Shown here: positions 1-9,895 of the stretch, piece by piece | Numbering within the stretch: position 1 is the stretch's first letter | Layout of the letters: each line of letters starts with the position of its first letter | NCBI GenBank assembly: GCA_964595265.1 | Contig: CAZQPV010000001.1 | Location: 4,632 to 39,416, forward strand | DNA length: 34,785 bases | Direction: 5' to 3' | Source: an uncultured Fimbriimonadales bacterium | Lineage (GTDB): Bacteria; Armatimonadota; Fimbriimonadia; Fimbriimonadales; GBS-DC | The notes under the pieces: model-generated | Databases searched by the model: none | The model's input: the letters and a program-made list of their open reading frames with translations, nothing else | Told to the model about the DNA's origin: nothing | Translations under genes and position numbers: made by a program

Positions 1-476
1 TGACCCGATTCGGGCGCGCCTCCAACCTGACCACCAGCCCCAGCGGGCGCACGCTCTCCGGTGGCTTAGACCCCGCCGCTTTGTATCGTCCCAAACGCTT
101 CTTCGGCGCAGCACGCAACATCGAAGAAGGTGGGAGCCTCACCGTGATTGCAACCTGTCTCATCGACACAGGCTCCCGAATGGACGAGGTGATTTTTGAA
201 GAGTTCAAAGGCACGGGCAACATGGAGTTGGTGCTGTCCCGTGAGCTGGCAGAACGGCGCATTTTCCCCGCGATTGATGTGAAGCGCTCTGGTACGCGCC
301 ACGAAGAGCTGCTCTATCCGCGCGATGAGCTGATGGCAATCTGGCAGCTGCGCCGACTGCTGGCGAATCAGGAAGACCTCGTGGAAGCGGCGGAACAGCT
401 GATACGGCTGCTACAACGCACACGCTCCAATCGCGAGTTCCTGCAAGAAGTGGTCGCACGCACCCGAACCACATAA
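1..476 (+). CDS. rho: Transcription termination factor Rho, C-terminal part (5' end lies outside the window; codon phase begins at base 3)
   Basis: The translation contains [19 protein letters not shown] and the C-terminal region typical of Rho. The ORF is open to the window edge. Stop is TAA at 474-476. Confidence 0.9.
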   Translation, partial: TRFGRASNLTTSPSGRTLSGGLDPAALYRPKRFFGAARNIEEGGSLTVIATCLIDTGSRMDEVIFEEFKGTGNMELVLSRELAERRIFPAIDVKRSGTRHEELLYPRDELMAIWQLRRLLANQEDLVEAAEQLIRLLQRTRSNREFLQEVVARTRTT

Positions 477-486
477 GGAGGCTTCT

Positions 487-1098
487 ATGCGCGACGACGA
501 ACGACGCAAGCGTCCCGACGAAGACCCCGAAGAGGGTCCAGAAGAGCCAGAGTTCGAAGACCTCTTCGGGTTCGAAGCAGAAGAGGAGCCGCGCAATATC
601 GAGGCGGAGCTGAAGCGCCTCTTCGGCAGCGAAAGCGAACCGCCTGATGAGCTGGAAGAGGCGCGGCGGTTCGAACGCGGGCGCGAACTGGAAGTGCGCG
701 TTACCGGCGTCTACGAGCGCATCGAGATGGGGCAACCTCAGGCACTACTGGTGCATCTGCGCGATAACTACGGGCGTACCGTACCGATTGTAATTGGTCC
801 CTTTGAAGCCCACGCGATTGTGATGGCGCTCAATGATGAAGTCCCTCAGCGCCCGCTGACACACGACCTGATGCGCAACATCCTGATGCGCCTGGGGGTG
901 TCGGTAGACCGCGTGGTGATTGACGACCTCTGGCAAGGCACTTTTTACGCCAAGATCTACCTTCTGCACGGCGATGAGGAGATAGAGATTGACTCGCGCC
1001 CCAGCGATGCGATTGCGCTCGCGTTGCGCTTCCGAGCGCCGATTTATATGGTGGAATCAGTCCTGGAGGCGGAAGGTCAGTCGGACGACTTTAGTTAA
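487..1098 (+). CDS. Bifunctional nuclease (BFN/DUF151) family protein with a ~75-aa highly acidic N-terminal extension
   Basis: The core (PIVIGPFEAHAIVMAL ... THDLM ... IDSRPSDAIALALR) matches the BFN-domain pattern. An AGGAGG Shine-Dalgarno lies 5 nt upstream of the ATG. It sits directly after rho. Confidence 0.75.
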   Translation: MRDDERRKRPDEDPEEGPEEPEFEDLFGFEAEEEPRNIEAELKRLFGSESEPPDELEEARRFERGRELEVRVTGVYERIEMGQPQALLVHLRDNYGRTVPIVIGPFEAHAIVMALNDEVPQRPLTHDLMRNILMRLGVSVDRVVIDDLWQGTFYAKIYLLHGDEEIEIDSRPSDAIALALRFRAPIYMVESVLEAEGQSDDFS

Positions 1099-1121
1099 CA
1101 TAATCCCACTTATCAGACTCT

Positions 1122-1763
1122 ATGCGCCGCGCCCTCTACTGGCTCACTTTCTACTTCGCCTATGTGTTCTGTAAAGTTTTCTTCGGGCTGGCGCTGCGCT
1201 TTCCGTTTCTGGCATGGATTCGAATCGAAAATCGCCATCGGATGCCGCGCCGCGGCGGGCTGATTGTGATTGCCAATCACCGCTCGCTCGCTGATCCTGT
1301 GGTCCTCTGGTACGCCTCGCCGCGCCATCTATGCTTTATGGGGCGCGCCGACATTCTGGACATCCCCGTTATCAGCGCAATTACCCGTCTGGCGCGGATG
1401 ATTCCCGTGCGCCAGCGCTCTGCCGACCGGCGTGCGCTGATGGAAGCCATTCAGGTGGTTCAGCGTGGCGAGGCGCTGTGTATCTTTCCAGAGGGCGAAC
1501 TGAGCGAAACGGGCGAACTGATGCCGTTTCTGCCTGGCATGCTGCTGATTCTGCGCCACACGAAAGCGCCTGTGCTACCCGTGGGGCTTCTGAACACCGA
1601 GAAGCTCGTGCCGTATGGAAAACTTTTCCCAAAAATCGCATTTACTGTCATCACGGTGCGCTTTGGTGAAGTGATTCCAGCTGAGCAGATTCTGTCGTTG
1701 CCCGACACCGAATCGCAGCTGGAGTTTCTGCGCGAGCAGGTACAGCGGCTGGTGGAGGTATAA
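1122..1763 (+). CDS. plsC: 1-acyl-sn-glycerol-3-phosphate acyltransferase family protein
   Basis: It has the HX4D acyltransferase motif (NHRSLADP) and an FPEGELSETG block (FPEGTRS-like). The N-terminus carries a membrane helix. Confidence 0.8.
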   Translation: MRRALYWLTFYFAYVFCKVFFGLALRFPFLAWIRIENRHRMPRRGGLIVIANHRSLADPVVLWYASPRHLCFMGRADILDIPVISAITRLARMIPVRQRSADRRALMEAIQVVQRGEALCIFPEGELSETGELMPFLPGMLLILRHTKAPVLPVGLLNTEKLVPYGKLFPKIAFTVITVRFGEVIPAEQILSLPDTESQLEFLREQVQRLVEV

Positions 1764-1771
1764 TCTGCTGT

Positions 1772-2665
1772 ATGAAGAACGGTTCACCCAAGCGCCTGGC
1801 GTTTGGCTGGTACGGAGGCAAATACAGTCATCTGGATTGGCTACTCCCCTTGTTACCCCCTGCTTTCCATTACTGCGAGCCATTTGGGGGATCGGCAGCG
1901 GTATTGCTTAACCGCCTTCCCAGCCCAGTAGAGACTTACAACGATATAGACGGTGAAGTTGTGAATTTCTTTCGTGTACTTCGCGACAATCCAGAACAGC
2001 TGATACGAGCGATAGCACTGACACCTTTCTCACGAAAAGAGCTGGAAATTGCCTGTTCTCCCCCGACTGAAGATTTGAGCTCGCTAGAGCGAGCTCGCAG
2101 ATTCTATGTTCGCGCTCGCCAGACACGCACTGGGTTGGCACAAACGGCATCACCTGGAAGGTGGGCATATTGTGTACTGACAAGCCGGGCTGGAATGTCG
2201 GGGTCTGTCTCTCGCTGGTTCGGCGGGATTCGGGAGCTCTTCTATATAGCGGATAGGTTGCTGAGGGTGCAGATAGAAAACCTTCCTGCCGTGGAAGTAA
2301 TAAAAAAGTACGACTCGCCGCAAACGCTCTGTTACTGCGATCCCCCCTACCCGCACCGTGCGCGTGGCGATAGTAAAGCCTACGCCTATGAGATGAGTGA
2401 CAAAGACCACGAGCAGCTGGCAGACTTGCTACACTCGGTCATGGGCAAGGTTGCTATATCCGGCTACCACTGCGACCTGCTGGATCAACTGTATAAGGAC
2501 TGGTATTGTCACGAGGCGCCTATTCGCGTCTGCCATTCTGTCAAAAGCCCCCGCCAGGAAGTTCTGTGGACAAACTACGACCCACAGGAGGTGCAGTTTT
2601 GGAACGAACCCCAAGAGACATTCTCGAAGAGGTCTACCGAGTCGTTGAATCCAACCCTGATATGA
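1772..2665 (+). CDS. DNA N6-adenine methyltransferase, Dam/D12-class (orphan; no endonuclease gene adjacent)
   Basis: The N-terminal WYGGKYSHL...YCEPFGGSAAV block resembles the SAM-binding motif of D12-class enzymes, and a catalytic DPPY motif (CYCDPPYPH) is present. The gene looks AT-richer than its flanks by eye. Confidence 0.8.
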   Translation: MKNGSPKRLAFGWYGGKYSHLDWLLPLLPPAFHYCEPFGGSAAVLLNRLPSPVETYNDIDGEVVNFFRVLRDNPEQLIRAIALTPFSRKELEIACSPPTEDLSSLERARRFYVRARQTRTGLAQTASPGRWAYCVLTSRAGMSGSVSRWFGGIRELFYIADRLLRVQIENLPAVEVIKKYDSPQTLCYCDPPYPHRARGDSKAYAYEMSDKDHEQLADLLHSVMGKVAISGYHCDLLDQLYKDWYCHEAPIRVCHSVKSPRQEVLWTNYDPQEVQFWNEPQETFSKRSTESLNPTLI

Positions 2666-2820
2666 GCTACTTGTTTCACGAGGGCAGGATGGAATTTCTT
2701 GAAAAATACAAAGAGTTGCTTCTCGATGAACCCGACTCCAGCGTTAGCCATCAACTCAAAACAGCTTTTCTGGAGTTGTGGGCTGAAGCAGCAGGCTCCG
2801 AGAGTACTCTCTCTCACTAA
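2662..2820 (+). CDS. Small hypothetical protein (52 aa), start overlapping the methyltransferase stop (ATGA)
   Basis: The in-frame ATG at 2662 overlaps the TGA at 2663-2665. The ORF is the non-overlapping tail of track ORF 2506..2820. I recognise no family, and it ends 4 nt inside the ccmF 3' end. Confidence 0.3.
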   Translation: MSYLFHEGRMEFLEKYKELLLDEPDSSVSHQLKTAFLELWAEAAGSESTLSH

Positions 2821-5210
2821 AGCGCTATCTTTGCCTGCTCCGTTACAGAGGACGGTACAGTATCATCCCACTCCAGCGTCAGTTTGCGCACGCCTTCCCG
2901 CACGGCGCGGGCGCGACGCACCACCGCCAGCCAGCCGCCCAACAGCGTGAGCGGCGGACCCAGCCACACCAGTATTGTGAACGGCTTGTAGTAGACCTCC
3001 AGCGGAATCACCCAGCGCGGATTTGTCTCAGGCTTGCCTGGCACCATGATGAGCTGGAACTCCACCAGTCGGCGGCTGACATCCATCTGCCCCACCAGAA
3101 TCTGCGCTCCGTCAGGCAGGGGCACGGGAATGGGAATAATCCCACTCCGATCCATCAGACGGAACGGCGCCACCTCCACAGGCTCTTTCCAGCGGGGATG
3201 GCTCACCCGTGCGACCGCAATCGCCCGAAAACCTTCCTGACCCATCGCCCCAGCGGTTTCAAAACCCTTGAACTCTATCGTGTAGTCCCCTACCTTGCCC
3301 TTCTCTTTCTCGTGCAAGCGCAAGGTCAGGGGGTCGGCGCTCACCTGAGGCGGCGCAAAAAACGACACATACAGGTCATGGTCCCACCAGCGCACGATGT
3401 GGGGCCAGACCACATTGCTCACTTCCCCGCCACGCTGAAACTGGTAGAAGCGCGGTTCCACCACAAACTTCGTTTCGTGCGAGGCGACCTCAAGTCGCAC
3501 GCGGTTGAACTTATCGCGCATCGGGTCGCCCGGAAACTTTTCGTTGCCTGTCATGCCCAGATAGCGCCATCGGTAGCCGAACGCAATCGTGTCCCTCCCC
3601 TGCTCCACAATCACCTGCTGTTTCACTTCGTAAGCATAGGAGAGGATCAGCCCGATTAAACCCACCGCCAGCCCGAAGTGGGTCAGGAATCCGCCCATCG
3701 AGTAGCGCGCGTTCCACAAGCCTGCCAGCGCCTGTCCGTAGGCGGCGGGGCGAAGCCACGCCTGCCAGCCCTTCCCCTTCCCGACCTGCGCCCGACGCCA
3801 GATGGCGCCCAGATTCGCGAACGCCACAAACGATAGCAGCACCACGATAAACAGCGTCAGCGGCTCGCGAAAACCATACCAGAACGCCGCGAACCCCACC
3901 AGCACTGCCAGCACCCAGCTTTTGGTGAGACGCTCCAGAATCTGATCCAGCGTCATGCCGCGCCAGCCGAGCATTGGCGCTGCCGCCGCCACAATCGCCG
4001 TGAGAATAATCCACGGGATATGCACCCGATTATAAAAGTCGGGCTTGAGCGCCGCCGCCTGACCATGAAACAGTTTCGCAATCAGCGGCCACGAAGTGCC
4101 CACAAGGCTGATTAGCGCCGAGATACTCAGGAGCGCAATCCCCCACCGCAAAGCCGCTTCACGCGAGAAGCCCTTCGTCGTATCCGATGCGGGTAGCGGC
4201 ATCTGCCGATACCGATAAAGCCAAAGCCCCAGCGTTACCAGAAGTCCTCCCGCCATCAGCGCGACCAGGATGCCCAGCGCGCTCTTGGCTAAGGCGTCAA
4301 ACGAGTGAACCGAGACCTCCGCCAGCACCCCACTGCGCGTTAGAAAAGTCCCGTACACGAACAGCAGGAACGGAATCGCCAGCAGCAGCGGGTTCCAGCG
4401 CACCATTCTGCCCCGATTTACCTGAAGCATGATGCCGTGAACTCCTGCTGCCATAAATAGCCACGGGAAGTAAGAAGTGTTCTCCACAGGGTCCCATGCC
4501 CAGAAGCCGCCCCAGCCGAGCGTCTCATACGCCCAGTAGCCGCCCAGCACCAGCCCGAAGCCAAGCATCGTGGTCGCATAAATCGCCCACGGGCGCACAC
4601 GAAGAACCCACTCATAATATTCGTTGCGCCAGAGTGCCGCCAGTGCGTACACGAACGGCACTGCCAGCGCAGAAAACCCTGCGAAGATAATCGGCGGGTG
4701 GATGGTCATCCAAATATTTTCCAGCGAGGGGTTCAAGCCGAAGCCGTCCTGCGGCGGCCAGACTTCAGGCGCGGGGTCAGGTTTGGGCAGCGGCGCAAAC
4801 GGGCTTTGATACGCCAGAATGCCCAGCAGCGCCAGCACCAGCCCCGAACAGAGGGTCATCACCCAGCGTTCGTAGCCCCCTGCTGTGCGCATTAGCACCA
4901 GCCCATAAATGCCCGTCCAGATAGCCCACAGCAGGAAGCTTCCCTCCTGCCCCGCCCACGCGCCTGCAATCTTGTACCACAGGTGCAGACTCCGCTCGCT
5001 GAAGCTGAACACATACTGCAGGTCGTAACGCCCCGTAATCAGCGCGTACTGCAGTACCGCCTCCGTGGCGAGAATCATCAAAAACGCGCCCCAGAACAGC
5101 CCCCTACCCCAGCGCATTAGGTGGGGGTAGCGCCCGCTGAGCGCATACGCCATCACCGCCCCCAGCGCAAACGCGCACCCCAGCCAGACCACCAGATAGC
5201 CCAGTAGCAT
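2817..5210 (-). CDS. ccmF: Cytochrome c-type biogenesis heme lyase subunit CcmF (System I)
   Basis: A polytopic membrane protein with the WWD heme-handling motif (WGGFWAWDPVENTSYFPWL) and a long C-terminal CcmF_C-like region. It lies directly downstream of ccmE with a 4-nt gap. Confidence 0.9.
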   Translation of the reverse strand: MLLGYLVVWLGCAFALGAVMAYALSGRYPHLMRWGRGLFWGAFLMILATEAVLQYALITGRYDLQYVFSFSERSLHLWYKIAGAWAGQEGSFLLWAIWTGIYGLVLMRTAGGYERWVMTLCSGLVLALLGILAYQSPFAPLPKPDPAPEVWPPQDGFGLNPSLENIWMTIHPPIIFAGFSALAVPFVYALAALWRNEYYEWVLRVRPWAIYATTMLGFGLVLGGYWAYETLGWGGFWAWDPVENTSYFPWLFMAAGVHGIMLQVNRGRMVRWNPLLLAIPFLLFVYGTFLTRSGVLAEVSVHSFDALAKSALGILVALMAGGLLVTLGLWLYRYRQMPLPASDTTKGFSREAALRWGIALLSISALISLVGTSWPLIAKLFHGQAAALKPDFYNRVHIPWIILTAIVAAAAPMLGWRGMTLDQILERLTKSWVLAVLVGFAAFWYGFREPLTLFIVVLLSFVAFANLGAIWRRAQVGKGKGWQAWLRPAAYGQALAGLWNARYSMGGFLTHFGLAVGLIGLILSYAYEVKQQVIVEQGRDTIAFGYRWRYLGMTGNEKFPGDPMRDKFNRVRLEVASHETKFVVEPRFYQFQRGGEVSNVVWPHIVRWWDHDLYVSFFAPPQVSADPLTLRLHEKEKGKVGDYTIEFKGFETAGAMGQEGFRAIAVARVSHPRWKEPVEVAPFRLMDRSGIIPIPVPLPDGAQILVGQMDVSRRLVEFQLIMVPGKPETNPRWVIPLEVYYKPFTILVWLGPPLTLLGGWLAVVRRARAVREGVRKLTLEWDDTVPSSVTEQAKIAL

Positions 5211-5214
5211 CCGC

Positions 5215-5592
5215 TCACCGCCCCTGTGCGGTCTCCGTGCCCTGATACTTGCTGGGGCACTTCACCAGCATGTCTTCTGCATAAAACACGCCGTCGCGGT
5301 AGCTGCCAATCACCACCACCTGCGACGCCATCTCAAAATTATTCGGCTTGCCCTTTGGATACACCACTTTGACCTTGCCCGTCTCGTCTTCGCCCTCAAA
5401 GGTGAGCGTCATGCTTCGCACATCAAACTGGATGGTCTCTTTGAGAGGTTTGAGGGCGACATGCACATGCTCCGCGCGTTGCGCAAGTTGCGACACCTTC
5501 ACATAGGGGCTGGTGTTCTGAATGAACGCGGTCACGGTAAAGGCTAACCCCGCTAATAACAACACGAGCAGAATAATCGTGTTCAGTTTCAT
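5215..5592 (-). CDS. ccmE: Cytochrome c-type biogenesis heme chaperone CcmE, CxxxY variant
   Basis: Only the last 125 codons of track ORF 5215..6096 look real, starting at MKLNTIILLVLLLAG (membrane anchor). An OB-fold-like body ends in MLVKCPSKYQG. GGAGG lies 7 nt upstream of the ATG at 5592. Confidence 0.85.
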   Translation of the reverse strand: MKLNTIILLVLLLAGLAFTVTAFIQNTSPYVKVSQLAQRAEHVHVALKPLKETIQFDVRSMTLTFEGEDETGKVKVVYPKGKPNNFEMASQVVVIGSYRDGVFYAEDMLVKCPSKYQGTETAQGR

Positions 5593-5600
5593 ACACAAGC

Positions 5601-5619
5601 CTCCATGCCTATTATACCC
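5601..5619 (-). promoter_or_regulatory. Putative ccmE promoter -10 (GGGTATAAT, reverse complement of 5611-5619) plus Shine-Dalgarno GGAGG
   Basis: The minus strand reads tagGGTATAATaggcatGGAGGcttgtgtATG. The -10 overlaps the stop codon of the CPBP gene. Confidence 0.45.
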
Positions 5620-6968
5620 TACGCGGCGATAGACCAGAGTGCGAGCATCGCCACGAGGTTGTTGAGCGCGTGCAGAATAATGCTCGGCACCAGCGAACGG
5701 GTGTACGCGAACAGGAGCGCCAGCACCGTACCAATCGCCGTGAGCGGAATAAGCCCCGCAAGAAACTGGGGATGAATCACGGCGAACAGAAACCCGCTCA
5801 CAAACGCGCTGAGCCACACACGCCCCGTGCGCTGCCACAGCGTCTGGAACAGCACGCCCCGAAACACGAACTCCTCCACGATCGGCGCCAGCACAACGCC
5901 CTGCACGAAAATCACCACCCAGCTCACCCAGCCTTCTGCCCCCCTCGCCGCTTCCTGAATCGGATGACTCGACTGGGAAACTGTGGGCGCCAGCAATACA
6001 ACCAGCGCAAGCCCCGCCACTGCGACAGGCACATACGCCAGCCCCCCCGTCAACACGGCAAGAAGGTGCTTCCCGAAGCCATTCGGCGCGAACCACCGAA
6101 CGCCTGTTTCCAGACGCTCCTGCACGGTGTGCAGGTACGACAGACTCAACGCCGACGCCATCAGCTGATTCAACAGCGTCGTTTCAGGAAGCGTGATGCC
6201 AAACCCCTGCAAAAATCGGTCCAGAAACTCCGCGGGCGCAAGGATGATTGTCAGCAAAAAAATGACCAGTGCCCATAGTAACGGGTCTAAGGCAAACGGC
6301 GAGGCGTTTTCCAGCGGGCGCGCTGGCAAGCGCGGCGGATTTACCAGCACCCACAGCAGCACCCCCAACCCGATGACCACCCCGAAGCACACGGCTATGA
6401 AAATAGCAAATAGCACCGCCACTCCCAGCACACCGCGTCTGTGCAGCGAGTCGCGTATCGCGCTGGCTTTCGCCGCCTCCCCCGCCTTTTGCGCCATGAC
6501 TGCCTCGGCAAGGCGCAAATAAAAGGGCGAAACCGTCGGCTCCAGAGCGTGAAGAATCCTCGGGATATGCTCCGGCGTATGCGTCTCTGTCAGCGCCCAT
6601 ATCCAGAGAGCCGTGTACCATCGTCGTTCTGCGGGCGTCAATGCATCGGCAGGCAGCTGCGCGGCGCGCTGGAGCGTCTTCACATACGCCTGCTTGCCGG
6701 AATACGCCTGCACAATTGCTTTACGCACCTGCTGTTCCCAAACGGGGACCTCCAGCTCCGAGAGCGCCTGATTCAGGAGGGGGTTGGAGGCAGGATCTGA
6801 GCCAAACGCGAGCGCCAATTTGAGCAAAGTCTCCGCGCCCTCTGCCGACCTGTCCGCCGATTGGTTCGGCTGACTCAGCATCCAGCCAAACAGGGCAAAA
6901 TTGAGGGTGATGATGAGAGAGAAAAGGAGAACGAGAAGCCACCATGCGTACCGACTTGACTCGCGCAT
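5619..6968 (-). CDS. CPBP-family (CAAX/Abi) intramembrane glutamic endopeptidase with a long N-terminal domain
   Basis: The C-terminal half carries the three CPBP motifs: EEFVFRGVLF, FAVIHPQF and ILHALNNL. It has multiple TM helices. Confidence 0.8.
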   Translation of the reverse strand: MRESSRYAWWLLVLLFSLIITLNFALFGWMLSQPNQSADRSAEGAETLLKLALAFGSDPASNPLLNQALSELEVPVWEQQVRKAIVQAYSGKQAYVKTLQRAAQLPADALTPAERRWYTALWIWALTETHTPEHIPRILHALEPTVSPFYLRLAEAVMAQKAGEAAKASAIRDSLHRRGVLGVAVLFAIFIAVCFGVVIGLGVLLWVLVNPPRLPARPLENASPFALDPLLWALVIFLLTIILAPAEFLDRFLQGFGITLPETTLLNQLMASALSLSYLHTVQERLETGVRWFAPNGFGKHLLAVLTGGLAYVPVAVAGLALVVLLAPTVSQSSHPIQEAARGAEGWVSWVVIFVQGVVLAPIVEEFVFRGVLFQTLWQRTGRVWLSAFVSGFLFAVIHPQFLAGLIPLTAIGTVLALLFAYTRSLVPSIILHALNNLVAMLALWSIAA

Positions 6969-6978
6969 TGTAGTAGGC

Positions 6979-7074
6979 TGGCGGAGGGTCTGGGATTCGA
7001 ACCCAGGGTAGGGAGCTTAACCTCCCTACAACCGCTTAGCAGGCGGCCCCTTTCGACCACTCAGGCAACCCTCC
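6979..7074 (-). tRNA. tRNA-Ser (anticodon GCU), class II with a long variable arm and encoded CCA
   Basis: Hand-folded cloverleaf:
- acceptor GGAGGGT/ACCCTCC
- D arm CCT/AGG
- anticodon stem GCCGC/GCGGT with loop CTGCTAA
- variable-arm stem GTAGGGAG/CTCCCTAC
- T arm CTGGG-TTCGAAT-CCCAG
- discriminator G followed by CCA. Confidence 0.85.
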
Positions 7075-7087
7075 GCCTTGCGCCTCT

Positions 7088-7115
7088 ATTATACCCAATT
7101 TTCGGCGGATGTCAA
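7088..7115 (-). promoter_or_regulatory. Consensus sigma70-type promoter for tRNA-Ser (TTGACA-N16-TATAAT)
   Basis: The minus strand reads cTTGACAtccgccgaaaattgggTATAATagaggcgcaaggc, followed by the tRNA 5' end. The -35 is at 7110-7115 and the -10 at 7088-7093. Confidence 0.6.
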
Positions 7116-7140
7116 GAGAAATCGAGGGGGTTGCCAATAA

Positions 7141-8454
<1,314 letters not shown>

Positions 8455-8471
8455 CTTTCCCCATCTCTCCA

Positions 8472-8515
8472 CCTCCTGGCGAGAAGACAATCCCTCGCCA
8501 GGAGGCGTCCTTTTC
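8472..8515 (+). terminator. Rho-independent terminator after ahcY
   Basis: A perfect 12-bp stem, CCTCCTGGCGAG (8472-8483) pairing with CTCGCCAGGAGG (8494-8505), with a 10-nt loop. It is followed by cgtcCTTTTc. Confidence 0.7.
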
Positions 8516-8530
8516 GGGTATCCTCAAAGT

Positions 8531-9895
8531 GTGAGCATAAGCAAGGCTTCCCATGCCAGCGCCTCTTCTGGTAAGCCGCATGTAGTGATTGTAGGGGGCG
8601 GTTTCGGTGGGCTACAAGCCGCCAAGGCGCTTCGAAACGCGCCTGTTGAGGTTACCCTGATAGACAAGCGAAACTTTCACCTCTTTCAGCCCCTGCTCTA
8701 CCAGGTTGCTACGGGAGGATTGGGACCCGCCGAAATTGCCGCGCCCATCCGCGCCCTCCTGAAACGGCAGCCTAACACGCGCGTGTGGAACGCCGAAGTG
8801 GTCGATATTGACCCGCAAACGCAAACCGTCTTTCTCCGAGAAGGAGATACGGTGCCCTATGATTTTCTCGTGCTGGCAGCAGGCTCCATGTATCACCATT
8901 TCGGTCATCACGAGTGGAGCGCCTACGCCCCTGGGCTAAAAACCGTAGAAGATGCCCAGGAGATTCGGCGGCGTGTTCTGCTCGCTCTGGAGCATGCCGA
9001 GCGTGAAACCGATGCAGAGCGTAAGCAGGCGTGGTTGACCTTCGTAATTGTAGGCGGTGGTCCGACGGGCGTCGAACTGGCAGGCGCCCTGGCAGAACTG
9101 GTGCGCGTTACGGTGCGCGGCGAGTACCGAAACTTTGATTCCGCGTCGGCACGCCTTGTGCTGCTGGAAGGAGGTTCCCGCATCTTACCTACCTATCCCC
9201 CAGAGCTAAGCGAATATGCTCTCAAGGCGCTTCGTCGATTGGGCGTTGAAGTGTATACCGGGGCGATGGTGACTCAGGTGGACGCTCACCAGGTTGTTTA
9301 TCAATATCGGGGCGAGACCGTTCACTGGAACACGCGCACGGTGCTATGGGCAGCGGGGGTGCGCTCTGTGCCATTAGCCGAACGACTTGCCGAGCGGGTT
9401 TCGCTCCCGACCGATAAGGGCGGACGCCTGATTGTCAACCCCGACCTTTCGGTGCCAGGGTATCCGAACCTGTTTGTCATCGGCGATATGGCACATTATG
9501 CCCATCAGGGAAATGCGCCGCTGCCGGGAGTCGCACCCGTCGCGATTCAGCAGGGCGCCTATGTGGCGCGAGTGATACGCAATCGCCTTCAAGGGCGCCC
9601 CACACCGCCGTTCCGCTACCGCAACAAAGGCGATATGGCGGTCATTGGGCGCAAAGCCGCTGTAGCCCAAATTGGGCGCATGAAACTCAAGGGCTTCATC
9701 GCCTGGCTGGCGTGGCTCTTTGTGCATCTCCTCTACCTCGTTGGCTTCGAGAACAAACTGCTGGTGCTGATTCAGTGGGCATGGAACTATTTCACGCGCA
9801 ATCGCCGCGCACGGCTGATTCTCTACTGTTCTGAACATGGTCAGCGTGGGAATAGACCTCAACCCCTTGACACAGCCGAATCGGATGGGGTATAA
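8531..9895 (+). CDS. ndh: Type II NADH dehydrogenase (NDH-2), FAD/NAD(P)-dependent oxidoreductase
   Basis: It has two Rossmann dinucleotide motifs (VVIVGGGFGGL and FVIVGGGPTGVE) and a C-terminal amphipathic/membrane segment. The start is GTG at 8531. Confidence 0.85.
   Translation: MSISKASHASASSGKPHVVIVGGGFGGLQAAKALRNAPVEVTLIDKRNFHLFQPLLYQVATGGLGPAEIAAPIRALLKRQPNTRVWNAEVVDIDPQTQTVFLREGDTVPYDFLVLAAGSMYHHFGHHEWSAYAPGLKTVEDAQEIRRRVLLALEHAERETDAERKQAWLTFVIVGGGPTGVELAGALAELVRVTVRGEYRNFDSASARLVLLEGGSRILPTYPPELSEYALKALRRLGVEVYTGAMVTQVDAHQVVYQYRGETVHWNTRTVLWAAGVRSVPLAERLAERVSLPTDKGGRLIVNPDLSVPGYPNLFVIGDMAHYAHQGNAPLPGVAPVAIQQGAYVARVIRNRLQGRPTPPFRYRNKGDMAVIGRKAAVAQIGRMKLKGFIAWLAWLFVHLLYLVGFENKLLVLIQWAWNYFTRNRRARLILYCSEHGQRGNRPQPLDTAESDGV

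Noticed and set aside
2506-2661. Upstream half of track ORF 2506..2820.
   Set aside because: It lies wholly inside the methyltransferase coding region in another frame. Only the part after the ATG at 2662 is free-standing, so I kept only that as a low-confidence small ORF.
5593-6096. N-terminal 168 codons of track ORF 5215..6096 (Gly/Ala/Arg/Cys-rich).
   Set aside because: It overlaps the well-supported CPBP protease gene in another frame and is low-complexity. A proper ccmE start (ATG 5592 with GGAGG and a membrane anchor) exists downstream.
6975-7077. Longer tRNA-Ser model (99 nt, starting GGCGGAG at 7077).
   Set aside because: The T-arm position fixes a 7-bp acceptor stem (GGAGGGT/ACCCTCC) plus discriminator and CCA. 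The extra GGC would be unpaired 5' leader.
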